From contig QPMI01000399.1 in NCBI GenBank assembly GCA_004431415.1, positions 1 to 64,000 of the forward strand: a stretch of DNA of 64,000 nt, in the 5' to 3' direction. The notes under the pieces are model-generated. The model was not told the DNA's origin, did no database searches, and was given only the letters and a program-made list of their open reading frames with translations. Shown in pieces: positions 34,923-47,600 of this stretch. The position numbers and the translations under genes were made by a program. Position 1 is the stretch's first letter, and the number at the start of each line of letters is the position of its first letter. The stretch is from Cyanophora paradoxa CCMP329. Taxonomy: Eukaryota; Plantae; Glaucophyta.

Positions 34923-37900
34923 ATGGCGTCAGCCAGGATCGCCTGCGTGCTCCTCATTGTCGGGGCGCTTCTAGCCTCGAGGGCGGACGCGCAGGCCTGG
35001 CAGGGTAACCCGGTGTGGGTCTCGTGGATTTCGAGCACGCTGTGCAGGGCGGGCGCGTACTGCGCTGTCGGTTGGAACAGTGACACCTATGGCGACGCGG
35101 AAGTGTACCTCTGCGCCGCCGGCGTCACTTCGTACAGCCCCGGTAGCCCCGATTGCGTTTTTGTGAGTGGCCCAGCCATGCATTTGGTTCCCGTCGTCAA
35201 CTGCCAGTCATTCGTCAAGATCTAGAGCTTAGTAGCGATCGATCCAAGGGCCAGCAGGCCAGGGGACTGCCGCGGCCAGATGCATGCATACGGCCATGCT
35301 TTGGCCAGCTGTGAACGCAGCGTTGTCCCGCGCGGGGGCGATTTCGCGACTCATAATGACATGCGCCGCTTTTACGTGTGCAGGTTGCGAATAGAACATC
35401 GCAGCAGTCGGGCTATTACCTGGTCCCCAAGCTGCCCGACGAGAGCCACACGCTCCTCTGCCCCTCAGCCGGGTGCGCATGCACACGAGCCTTGCTAGCC
35501 CTGGGCCCAGGCCTGTTAGTGCTGACGTTCATGGTCACGTTGTGACTGGAAACGTAAAGACAGTGATCGCCTGCGGTCGCTTCGCTGCCACATAATGCAG
35601 TCATAGCGATAACTAGCGCTCATTATAGCCTCATATCGCCTACTTGCACGTGTTCGCAGGGGAGCGGACTGCGTGGTCAACTGGGTCGTGCGGTCTACGC
35701 TGTTCGGAGCGATTCAGGGGAATCGCTCGCTGACGCTCCAGCCGTACACGGGTGTGTATGCGTTGCTGTCGCTGTAATTTTGCGCTTGGTTGTTCTCATG
35801 CACGCGGGGCGCTCAGGCGATGTGAAACTGGTGATTGAGCTGATTGAGCCTACCAGCGCCTCCTGTGCTGTGGGGCAGTCGAACTGCTATGCGTCCTGGA
35901 AGAACTTTCCGAGCAACGGCATGCTGTACCTGTGCCCGGCAAACGTCACGAACCCCTATTTACCTTATACTCCAAACATGCCGCCCAACCCCTGTGTTTC
36001 GGTGCGAATCTCTCACAATCAGCGCTCTGCGCACTATAGCTAGACATTTTTAACTCAAGCCAATATCGAGACCGCATACGATCATAATTTCCTATGTTCT
36101 TAAATTATGAAGCCATGATCGCCTGTATATGTGCTCGAACGCGCGTTCTCTCCCTTGCCCCTGCGGCTGTCGCCCTTGAAAGCGGGTGACTGTCCGTGGA
36201 GTAATGGTGTGTGCGTGCAGCTCGGTATGGTGTGGAATAGCTTCCCGCTTAGCGCCTCGACCTTCGTTTACATCTGCGGACCGTCAGGGTGCGTCAGCGC
36301 TAGCGGCGTCCTTGTCTGTCGCTGCGGCCGCGGGCGCCTGCACCGATCGCGATGCCGACGCCTGCGGGCCCAGGAGCGCGTGCTCCGCGAATCTCGTGGT
36401 GGTGGGCACGGTGGAATTCAATTATCCGAACTACAACCTCACCGGGCACCGGCCAATCACCCTTTCTCCGCGTGCGGTTTTTGCTTTCCCGCAGAGACGG
36501 CTGCAGCCCCGGCCCCGGCCCGCACGTTGCACATCACGTCCGTATCTGAGAGTGATATTCTTTTGCAGCGACGTCCCCATTGTGGGTTGGGTCGGCATCC
36601 AGCACGCTGTGCAGGGCGGGCGCGTACTGTGCAGTTGACTGGACCGACACGAGGGTCTATGGCGACGCGGAAGTGTACCTCTGCGCCGCCGGCGTCACTT
36701 CGTACAGCCCCGGTAGCCCCGATTGCGTTTTTGTGAGTGGCCCAGCCATGCATTTGGTTCCCGTCGTCAACTGCCAGTCATTCGTCAAGATCTAGAGCTT
36801 AGTAGCGATCGATCCAAGGGCCAGCAGGCCAGGGGACTGCCGCGGCCAGATGCATGCATACGGCCATGCTTTGGCCAGCTGTGAACGCAGCGTTGTCCCG
36901 CGCGGGGGCGATTTCGCGACTCATAATGACATGCGCCGCTTTTACGTGTGCAGGTTGCGAATAGAACATCGCAGCAGTCGGGCTATTACCTGGTCCCCAA
37001 GCTGCCCGACGAGAGCCACACGCTCCTCTGCCCCTCAGCCGGGTGCGCATGCACACGAGCCTTGCTAGCCCTAGGCCCAGGCCTGTTAGCGCTGACGTTC
37101 ATGGTCACGTTGTGACTGGAAACGTAAAGACAGTGATCGCCTGCGGTCGCTTCGCTGCCACATAATGCAGTCATAGCGATAACTAGCGCTCATTATAGCC
37201 TCATATCGCCTACTTGCACGTGTTCGCAGGGGAGCGGACTGCGTGGTCAACTGGGTCGTGCGGTCTACGCTGTTCGGAGCGATTCAGGGGAATCGCTCGC
37301 TGACGCTCCAGCCGTACACGGGTGTGTATGCGTTGCTGTCACTGTAATTTTGCGCTTGGTTGTTCTCATGCATGCGGGGCGCTCAGGCGATGCGAAACTG
37401 GTGATTGAGCTGATTGAGCCTACCAGCGCCTCCTGTGCTGTGGGGCAGTCGAACTGCTATGCGTCCTGGAAGAACTTTCCGAGCAACGGCATGCTGTACC
37501 TGTGCCCGGCAAACGTCACGAACCCCTATTTACCTTATACTCCAAACATGCCGCCCAACCCCTGTGTTTCGGTGCGAATCCCTCACAATCAGCGCTCTGC
37601 GCACTATAGCTAGACATTTTTAACTCAAGCCAATATCGAGACCGCACACGATCATAATCTCCTATGTTCTTAAATTATGAAGCCATGATCGCCTGTATCT
37701 GTGCTCGAACGCGCGTTCTCTCCCTTGCCCCTGCGGCTGTCGCCCTTGAAAGCGGGTGACTGTCCGTGGAGTAATGGTGTGTGCGTGCAGCTCGGTATGG
37801 TGTGGAATAGCTTCCCGCTTAGCGCCTCGACCTTCGTTTACATCTGCGGACCGTCAGGGTGCGTCAGCGCTAGCGGCGTCCTTGTCTGTCGCTGCGGCCG

Positions 37901-40900
37901 CGGGCGCCTGCACCGATCGCGATGCCGACGCCTGCGGGCCCAGGAGCGCGTGCTCCGCGAATCTCGTGGTGGTGGGCATGGTGGAATTCAATTATCCGAA
38001 CTACAACCTCACCGGGCACCGGCCAATAACCCTTTCTCCACGTGCGGTTTTTGCTTTTCCGCAGAGATGGCTGCAGCCCCGGCCCCGGCCCGCACGTTGC
38101 ACATCACATCCGTATCTGAGAGTGATATTCTTTTGCAGCGACGTCCCCATTGTGGGTTGGGTCGGCATCCAGCACGCTGTGCAGGGCGGGCGCGTACTGC
38201 GCTGTCGGTTGGAACAGTGACACCTATGGCGACGCGGAAGTGTACCTCTGCGCCGCCGGCGTCACTTCGTACAGCCCCGGTAGCCCCGATTGCGTTTTTG
38301 TGAGTGGCCCAGCCATGCATTTGGTTCCCGTCGTCAACTGCCAGTCATTCGTCAAGATCTAGAGCTTAGTAGCGATCGATCCAAGGGCCAGCAGGCCAGG
38401 GGACTGCCGCGGCCAGATGCATGCATACGGCCATGCTTTGGCCAGCTGTGAACGCAGCGTTGTCCCGCGCGGGGGCGATTTCGCGACTCATAATGACATG
38501 CGCCGCTTTTACGTGTGCAGGTTGCGAATAGAACATCGCAGCAGTCGGGCTATTACCTGGTCCCCAAGCTGCCCGACGAGAGCCACACGCTCCTCTGCCC
38601 TCAGCCGGGTGCGCATGCACACGAGCCTTGCTAGCCCTAGGCCCAGGCCTGTTAGCGCTGACGTTCATGGTCACGTTGTGACTGGAAACGTAAAGACAGT
38701 GATCGCCTGCGGTCGCTTCGCTGCCACATAATGCAGTCATAGCGATAACTAGCGCTCATTATAGCCTCATATCGCCTACTTGCACGTGTTCGCAGGGGAG
38801 CGGACTGCGTGGTCAACTGGGTCGTGCGGTCTACGCTGTTCGGAGCGATTCAGGGGAATCGCTCGCTGACGCTCCAGCCGTACACGGGTGTGTATGCGTT
38901 GCTGTCGCTGTAATTTTGCGCTTGGTTGTTCTCATGCACGCGGGGCGCTCAGGCGATGTGAAACTGGTGATTGAGCTGATTGAGCCTACCAGCGCCTCCT
39001 GTGCTGTGGGGCAGTCGAACTGCTATGCGTCCTGGAAGAACTTTCCGAGCAACGGCATGCTGTACCTGTGCCCGGCAAACGTCACGAACCCCTATTTACC
39101 TTATACTCCAAACATGCCGCCCAACCCCTGTGTTTCGGTGCGAATCTCTCACAATCAGCGCTCTGCGCACTATAGCTAGACATTTTTAACTCAAGCCAAT
39201 ATCGAGACCGCATACGATCATAATTTCCTATGTTCTTAAATTATGAAGCCATGATCGCCTGTATATGTGCTCGAACGCGCGTTCTCTCCCTTGCCCCTGC
39301 GGCTGTCGCCCTTGAAAGCGGGTGACTGTCCGTGGAGTAATGGTGTGTGTGCGCAGCTCGGCATGGTGTGGAATAGCTTCCCGCTTAGGGCCTCGACCTT
39401 CGTTTACATCTGCGGACCGTCAGGGTGCGTCAGCGCTAGCGGCGTCCTTGTCTGTCGCTGCGGCCGCGGGCGCCTGCACCGATCGCGATGCCGACGCCTG
39501 CGGGCCCAGGAGCGCGTGCTCCGCGAATCTCGTGGTGGTGGGCACAGACTACCTTTTTCTGAACTACAACCTCACCGGGCACCGACCCGTTGCTCTGCTG
39601 CCACGTGCGTGCTGTATGACCCATGCCTATGTGAACGCTTGTCGAAGTCTTCTTCGTACGCGTGAGTCGGCGTCACGCCTGCAGTGGTCCCGCTGCAGGG
39701 CCAGCTCCTGCTGGGCGGGTCGTCTTCCACGCGAGTGACCTGCTCAGCCGGCTCGCCCTGCACCGTCTCGTGGTCCTTGTCGTACCCCACTGCCGATGTC
39801 TATGTCTGCCCCGCGTTCCTCGTCGCCTACGCACCCCAGTGCTCCCTGGTCCGTCTTAGATCTAGATCTAGAGCTGCTCTGCTGCTGATCCTGCTCAGCA
39901 TCTGATCGCGATCCTGCGTGCCCGTGCCTCCGGCAGGTCTACTCCGCGTTCTCGAGCTCCGCCACCCTCTACCTGTCTTCTGGCCTCTACCTCGACATGT
40001 GCCCGGGCGTGGACGGCAGGCGAGTCCGACTTGAATCTACTCGTCGCCTTCACCTTCTTAATATATCTAGCTGATCCTGATTCGCGTACCCCGACCTGGA
40101 GAGAAAGTAGGTAGCGGGCTCCTGCCCGCTGGGCGCCTCTCCGGCTGCCGCGAATCGCCTCGGCGGTGCCTTTAGCCCTCCTCTAGCTGGTTAGCCGCGC
40201 GTCCGTTAGGAATCCGCTCCGTGGGTCGGTTCGGCGAGCTACTCCGGCGGACACCAGCGGCGGCTTCAGCAGCTGCTCTCTCGTTCAGCCCAAGCACTTT
40301 TCTGCGGCAGCGATCGGCCGCCCGCGGCTATGGGGCCGGCGACCTGCGCTGCGCCCGCGCAGATGATCGTCGGTCGTGTGAGTGCACGCCCGCGTCGCGG
40401 CCGTGGGCGTCGCGGCCGCACAGATGCTTGGATTCCTGGCGAGGCGACGTGCTTCTGAGCACTCGGGCGGCCCGGGGCCTCCCAACCCCCGCCGCAGCGG
40501 ACTCCCCGTGCGCGCGCGCGCCAGCTGGAGGAGGTATCTCTCGGCCGAGGAGCACAGGTCGCCGGCTGCGGCCGGCGATGCTGTGCGCCCGCCGGTTTTC
40601 ACCCGGGCTCTCACGGGCTCCGGTTTCCGGCCCTCCCTGGGGTTAGTCGGCTTTGCTCTCTTAGTGCGCTTCTTCCCTGCCAAATTGAGGGCTATAGTTC
40701 AGGCTCAGCCGCTTCGACCTCATCCTCGCTTATACATCGGTCCTCTCTGTAGGCGGCCTTGTCCTGAGGGGGGTTATAGTAGCTCTGCTCTGCTTCGGCT
40801 CTCTAGGCAGGTGTAGGCAGTGTTTCTAGGCAGGTATAGGCCCCTTTCTCCAGTACAATAGCTCCACCCGGTCCGATGTCCGAAAGGCTTGTTCCCGTAG

Positions 40901-41190
40901 GCTCATCTCTCGACTTGACACAGATGGACACTGCAGTCATATCCCTAGCCATTTGTCTCGGTGTGTGCGAATTCATTTGTTAAGATATCTAGCTGATCCT
41001 GATGTGAACCGAGCGCTCGACTCGATCGTGAGCTGATATCGGCGCGCGCAGGTCGCCGTGCCAGGCGAACCTCGTCGTCGTCTCGCGCGTCCCGGGCGCT
41101 GAGACCTCCGGCTACGCCGCGCTGGCCCTCTACCCCTTTGGCATGGCCCCCGCACCCGTGCTCAGGGCCGCCGCCAGCCTCTGCGTCAAG
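34923..41190 (+). CDS. Multi-exon secreted Cys-rich protein with repeated Ig-like (Kre9/GPI-anchored-type 'CxxGxxCxVxW') modules; possibly a pseudogene
   Basis: Signal peptide MASARIACVLLIVGALLASRADA; modules CRAGAYCAVGW, CAVGQSNCYASW, CSAGSPCTVSW, each followed by YLC/YVC; GT-AG introns; apparent frameshifts; 3' end uncertain. Confidence 0.6.
35034..39583. repeat. Intragenic tandem triplication, about 1.57-kb unit including introns
   Basis: Matching ORFs offset by 1570 and about 1567 bp (35229/36799/38366; 35780/37350/38916). Confidence 0.95.
40082..40979 (+). mobile_element. 5'-truncated family A-type insertion with 19-bp TSD, probably intronic
   Basis: atatctagctgatcctgat at 40063-40081 and 40985-41003; ends in the family A terminus ...gtgtgtgcgaattcatttg with no poly(A). 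Confidence 0.9.
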
Positions 41191-41616
41191 TACCCAATGC
41201 TCGGGGGCGGCTGCCGGCAGCTCCAGATCTAGATCCAGCTGCCCAGAAGCTTAAGTGCCTACTTACATCATGGCATTTTATTCATAATCACAATACATTT
41301 AGTGTCAGTTTCAGCAGTTCAGGAGAGGTTCAGAAGTACTAGTGCAGTTCAGGTGGCGAAACAATGATGATTGATGATTTGATGATTTTCGCCAAGTTCG
41401 ATATGATTTGATGATTTGATGTGTGTGATCATGATCATGAGCCCGGCCAGCTTTTGTGATTCTTCTCATCAGAGCTCGAGTCTGACTGTCCTTTTGCCTG
41501 CTGTTGATCCGCCTGGTCCGCTTTCAAATTCTGCTCTCTCGTCTGCTCTGCCCTTACGTATACCGTAGTAGACAAAGCTCTCTAGTTCTTCAATTCTTCA
41601 TTAGCTCTTCGGGCAT

Positions 41617-44600
41617 AAATGAATTCGCACACACCGAGACAAATGGCTATAGATGGAACTGAGGTGTCCATCTGTGTCAAGTCGAGAGATGAGCCTACGG
41701 GACTAAGCCTTTCGGACATCGGACCGGGTGGAGCTCGGATGTGGAAGTAACTGGAGATGCTACCCCGGGGACTAAGTCTAGAGCTGCAGCACAGGAAAGA
41801 TCCTACGTATACGCGGGAAAGGGAGTGACTACCCAGGGACGAGAATAGAAATCAGAGGTGGGCAGCGAAGTGAGCTGCAGCTGTAGCTAGCGCTATGCCT
41901 AGTAAGCTAGGGCCTCCGAGAAGGCGCACTATAATCTAAACCTCCCTGTACACGCTAGCGTACGGCCCGCCGTGTCGTCGGCACGGCGGTCGGGTCGGGG
42001 GCTCGCTCGTCCGAGAGCAAGCCTGGTGGAGCCGCCGGGCTCAGGGCATCCGGGAAGGTTGGTCGGGGTAAGGGGGACGGGGCAGGGAGGAGGGCACGGC
42101 ATGGGCGACGTTGGGCGTGGGACAGGACGGGGGAGGACCGGGTCGGGCAGCCGCGGTCGGGAGAAGGGAGGCTCCAGTGGCGCGTTCCGCCGGGCTTCCA
42201 GCCGCCCGCCGACCGCCTCCCCCCGCCGCGGGCAATGACGAGCCCCTCCGCGGCGGTCCGACCGCCCCGGCCTGGCGCGTGGCCGGGCAGGCGCCGGTGG
42301 GTTCAGCGGCCGACCGACGACCTTCCACCTGGCAGCTCGCACCACCGTCCCCTCCCTGGGTAGCGGGAGATCAGCAGAACGGTGAGGGCGGAGAGGGTGG
42401 GGGAGGGGCCGTGGGGAAGGGCGACTGGGCAACGGGCGAGAGAGGGCAGGGGGGCAAGAGCAGCGGTGGCGGCGGGAGGCGAGCGTGTCGGCGGTAGCGA
42501 GAGAGGTGTGGAGGCGCAGGTCGCGCAGGCGACGGCGGGTCGGCGGCGGGCGCGAGGCCCAGCGAGCGGCCGTAGGTGATAGGTTGAGAGTGAGGTCGTC
42601 AGTGGGCGTAGTGATGGAGTCTCCGTGTCTCCGCGTCTCCTCCAGTGGTAGCCCCCCCCCCCCCCCCCCCATCCCCCTACGAGGGTAGGTTAATCGTCCG
42701 GGGGGGGCAGGCTCCAGGGGCGGACCTTGGTGCTGTCGTAGAGTTCTTGGGCTTGAAGCGCTGCCTTCCATCCTCGGTATTCCGGCGTGCAGTCCGCGTT
42801 CTGGGCTGCGCGGAGTTCGTTATGGAGGTGCAGGGGCCGTCGCAGGCGGGGCAGTATTCTATCGGGGCACGAGGGCCGCGGGCGCGCTCTTTAGCTCTAG
42901 CCCCTGTGCGGCGCGGGCGCGGGCGGCGTTTGGAGGCCTGGGAGATGCGACAGTCCTTCTCCCATGCGGCGTTGGTTGCACACCTGTCAGACCAGAGCCG
43001 ACGCGCGCGTTCTATTAGCATCTGGCGCACGCGCTTAGCCGTGCGGGGTGCGCGGCGCGGGTCGAGGTCGAGCCGACGGATCAGGTCGCTTTCGAGCGAT
43101 GTAGGAGCGACGCCCTGGAGTACCCAGAGCCGCGGGAAGACGGTCGGGTCGTCGTCGAGTCTGCGCGCTGCGGCGTCATCGTCAGCTACGCGTAGGTAGG
43201 CGGGCACAAGACCGGAAGCGAGCGCCAGCGTGGGATCGACGTTTTTGGGCTGGGGCCGTGAGCCTCGCGGTGGACGCGCCGCAGGAAGCGATTCAGCTCA
43301 CGGGCGGTCTCCGCGCGGTGCGCCACTGCATGGGGCCCCGGGCACAGGAAGACGTGCGTGTATGTCTCTGCTGGGCCCGCGGTGAGAGCTGTGGGGGCCG
43401 CGCGCTGTCGGCTAGGGCCGGCTTGCACGAGCTGCTCGCTCGCCTCCGACGAGTTCGCTCGATTCCGCCGGGCACATGGAGTCCTCGTGGCGCAAGCCGC
43501 GCAGCGGCCGCCCGGGTTGTAGGCTGCGTAGAGGTCGGGCCTATCCCGTACCCGGACTTCGTTCGCTGGGAGCGAGCTGCAGATCAATTGGGTCCTGAAC
43601 TTGAAGAGCGCGTTGCGAGCTCCGCTCGCGCCGCGGAACCTGGGTCCTACGGTCGTCTCAGCATACAGGCCGCCGATGTCTGCCCCGGCGTTTCCGCGGC
43701 GTAGAACTGCTCCAGCCAGTGGTTGTTGAGCCCAGGCGAAGTGCGTGTGATGCTCATGTAAGGTGTCCATGTGTTCCTTCGGGTCGCCTTCCACCCGTCG
43801 CACGGTGCCGTCCCCGTTACCGATTGTGAGGACGGCTGGCATGCTGAACTCCGGCGGCAGGAAGACGGGCTCGTGAAGGCTCTCTGCAGGGAGTTGTTCG
43901 TCGGCTGTGCGATTCGCAAGAGCGTCGGCAACGTCATTGTGCAGGTCGCGCGCTTCGCCTTGCGCGTGCGCCTTCACTTTCACCAGCGTGAGCGGCCGCC
44001 CCCTCAAATCTAGTTGGGCCCTGAGTTTACGCCACGCGTATAGTTCGGCAGAGCAGACGTGCCGGATGTACTCCCGCGGGCTACGCTGGGCGGCGTCGAG
44101 AACAAATTCCCTACACCAGCGGATCGCATTCTGGTTGTCGATGTGGACCACGGCTCCGAACGGGGAGAGTATGTCCGCCGTAAGCACTGCCTGTAACTCC
44201 GCTTTGTTGATCTCCTGCGTCCCACTCAGGCGGGCGCGAAAGTTGGGAAAGACTTCCGGCGGGTGGAGGCTCGCGCCAGTGCGCAGGTGACGCGCGGGCC
44301 AGTGGATCGCATAAGCTCCGCGCGCTAGGGTCGTCTGACCGTCCAGCAGGCTCCCGTCCGTCCAGGCCAGGGCCGGCGCGGCCGCCTCGTAGGTCCCGTC
44401 AGTGGCGGCTTCAGCTTCCCGCAGCTCGCGGCGGAGGCTCGCTTCCAGCCCATCCCACGCCTGCAGGAAGGTCGCCCAGGAGTCTTCGTCCCTCAGTGCG
44501 TAGTAGTATTTCCGTGCCTGCCTAGGGGTAATCGGGGCCGCCTCGTCTTGCGGCAGGTGCAGCGGCTCCGGCGGGTCCGCTTCCAGCTCGGCGAGGCGGG

Positions 44601-47600
44601 CGGCATCCTCGGGCGAGAGGGAGTGCCACTGCACGCGATCGTCCCCTTCTTGCCTGGCTTGCAGCAGCATCCGCCATCGGTGCGCATCCATCGCCGCCGC
44701 CGCTGCCCGTGCGGGGTGAAAGTATTCAAGCAGGCCTTGGCGCGAGAGTACTTTGCGGCTGGCGCGACCTGAGCGGGTGGAGGTCTGGCCCTCACACTCG
44801 GCCGCGGGCACGTCGTCGTGCTCAATTGTGGACACGGCGCCAGGTACGGCTCCAGCGCGGCGGCATGTTCGACCCAGCCCCCGACCGAGGTCCCGTGCTC
44901 CCTGCGTCGTCGCAGGTGCTCGTCGCCCGGCAGGCCGCGCCGGCGGCTCGCGGGCATGTGTGATCGTCGTGCCAGTGCCGCCGGCCCTCCCCGGGTATGA
45001 TATTGTAGCGGCGCTGCGCAAGGGGCGGCTCCCGGATTTCGTGCTGACAGTGTCCATCGCAGCGGCAGTAGGCGCCGTCGGCGATCGGGTCCGCTTCTTC
45101 CGGGACAGGGATCCAGTGTTCGAGACGGCATTCCGTCGCAACAAGGCGGCCCGGCTCGGAGTCCGCCGTACGGAGGCGGCCGACGTGGGGCGGTATCGTC
45201 GCATCGTGAATGGTCGCCAGGTCGTAGTAGCAGACGAAATCGTCCGGTCGGTGAATGTATTTCTTAGCTCCGCCTGGCAGCTGCGCCATGGCTGATGGTG
45301 GGGTACCGGGGGCTGCCTCATCGGGTACCGAAGGGCACCCTTGCCACTAGCGTCTAGCGTCAGAGCCTTGGCGAGGGTCTTCCACCAGGAAGGAGCGGCC
45401 CAGGGCAGGGTGTCGCGAGGGGCTCGGAGGTGCAGGTCCCGCCAGGTGCAGAGGCGCTCACCGTCGCGCGCCGTGACAGAGGACATCCAGTACATGCCTG
45501 CAGCGTAGAGGGTAGGGGCGGCGTCTTTGAAGATGTCTTTGGGATGTGCGTCGCCAGCACGTATTCGCGCAAGAGCTCTGCCGGCTTCGGCCAGGGTACA
45601 CCGGCCCCGGGGGGGTACGGGGCGCTCACGTATCGTGCGTGGTTCGATTGGATCCTGTACTGGCGGCGCTGCAGCAGCGGCATCACAGCGGCGATCGTGT
45701 TGGCCTTCGCGAGTTGTGGCGTTACGTGCGCGTTCAGAAACTCTGTCGGCAGCAGCGGCACGCCTAGCTTGCGCTGGAGGGCATGGACGCGGTGGGCCAT
45801 CACCTGGGAGAGTAGTTCGTCCGGCTCGCCGCAGAGCCGCGCGAGCAGGTCCGTGATCTGGTTCTTGGCCATCAGGTGCGCCATGCGCGGGAGGCGATAC
45901 GTGCCGTGGCTCCAGAGCGCATAGTTCGACGTTGACGCCGCAAGTCCGCCGTGGTGCTTAACTACTCGCAGCCAGATGGCGTCCAGCCGGTCGCACTGGG
46001 CTTCCGACAGCGGCACCACCTTGAGTCCGTACGCGATCCGCGCCTGCACGACGGCCTCGACGATGTAGCAGGCCTCTTGTGCGGTCAGTTGCTTGCGTGC
46101 GATGACCGCGACGGTCTCGCGGGCCTGCGCCTCCATCTGTCTGATCTGCTCCGTCCACGACAGGTTCGCGGTCAGGTAGACGCCGAGCAGCTTAAAGTGC
46201 GCGCCCGGCGCCAGCTTCTTGCCGACCGGCACGCGCGGATGGCCCAGCAGCGGGGCCTCTGGCTCGGGTGAGACGTTGTTGTACGTGAACTCGGTTTTCG
46301 AAGCGTTGACCGTGATGTCGTGCATGCGGAAGAACTCGGAAGCCACGTCGGCCAGTCTCTGAATCCCGGCCGCTGTGCCGCTCCACCACTGGGTGTCGTC
46401 CGCGTACGCGCACCCCGTGACGCGCGCGCGAGGCTGCCCGGCGTCCGCGACCGCATCGCCCAGAACGTACGCGACCCCCTCCCCGCCTTGATCGCAGTCG
46501 ACTCTGTCCAATTCTTGCTGGGCGCAGAGGAGGGCGTCGTAGAAGATGAGCCAGTGGAGCGGGGACTCTATGCCGCCCTGCGGGAGGCCGCACTCGAGCT
46601 CGAAAGCGTCAGAGAGTCCGTGCCCTGTAATCGCGCGCGCGCGCCGCCGCTCAAAGATATTGCGGTGCAGGTCAATGTACCCCTCCGGGGCCCCGATCCG
46701 GCGGAGGGAGAGCTCCATGCTGACCCACGATACTGAGTCGTACGCCCGCCGAATGTCTTGGAGCAGGATATAAATGGGTTTATGGTGCTCTTTAGCGTCC
46801 TCTAGGATGGCCACCGTGAGGTGCAGGGCGTCGTACGTCGACTTGGCCTTCCTGAAGCCATAGTTCACCCCCTGCAGGACCCCGTGCTTCTCTATAGCAT
46901 CCGCTAGTCGCTTCGTGAGCAGGCCCGTCGCTAGCTTCAGGCCGACTTCTTGGAGCGTGATGGGGCGGAGGTTGCCTTCGATGTCCCCGTCCCAGACCCC
47001 CTTCTTCGGGATCCCGAAGATATTGCTCTCACACATCTCGCTAGGCAGGTCGCGGAGGCGGAGCACCTCGCAGACAATCGCCATCAGGAGCCGGCGCCCG
47101 CGGGGTGGGTACGCCTCCGGATCCATCGCGTCGGGCAGCTCCGGGTTCCAGAGCGTCTTCAAGATTGCGTTTGTACAGTTCGAGGGCCCGCCCGCCCCGT
47201 CTGTCAGTGAGCGCACGTACGCCCCTAGCTCCTCGTACGTAGGCTCGATCATTGTCCCGGCGAATGCATCTGCTGCGCCAGCTTGCAGGACTAGGGGCCG
47301 GTAGACTGCACGCCAGAAGTCGGGGGGCAGGTAGTCTAGCGCGGAGTCGGGCACCAGGTCGACTGTGCCGCCAAGCTGGGGGTTGCGTTTGGCACACCAT
47401 TGCTTCCAGTGCTCGGCCATGACGGCTTTGACCTCATCGGGGGACGTGTAAATTTCGTAAAAGTTTCCGTCGCGCGCTAGTCGCGTGACGTGCATGATCG
47501 GCTCCCCGCGCGAGCGTTCAAGTACAGAGTTTAGATAGCTGCGTAGCTGGCGCGGGTCCGCAAAGCGCGCCTGGCGCGCCGTGACGAACTCCTGGATCTG

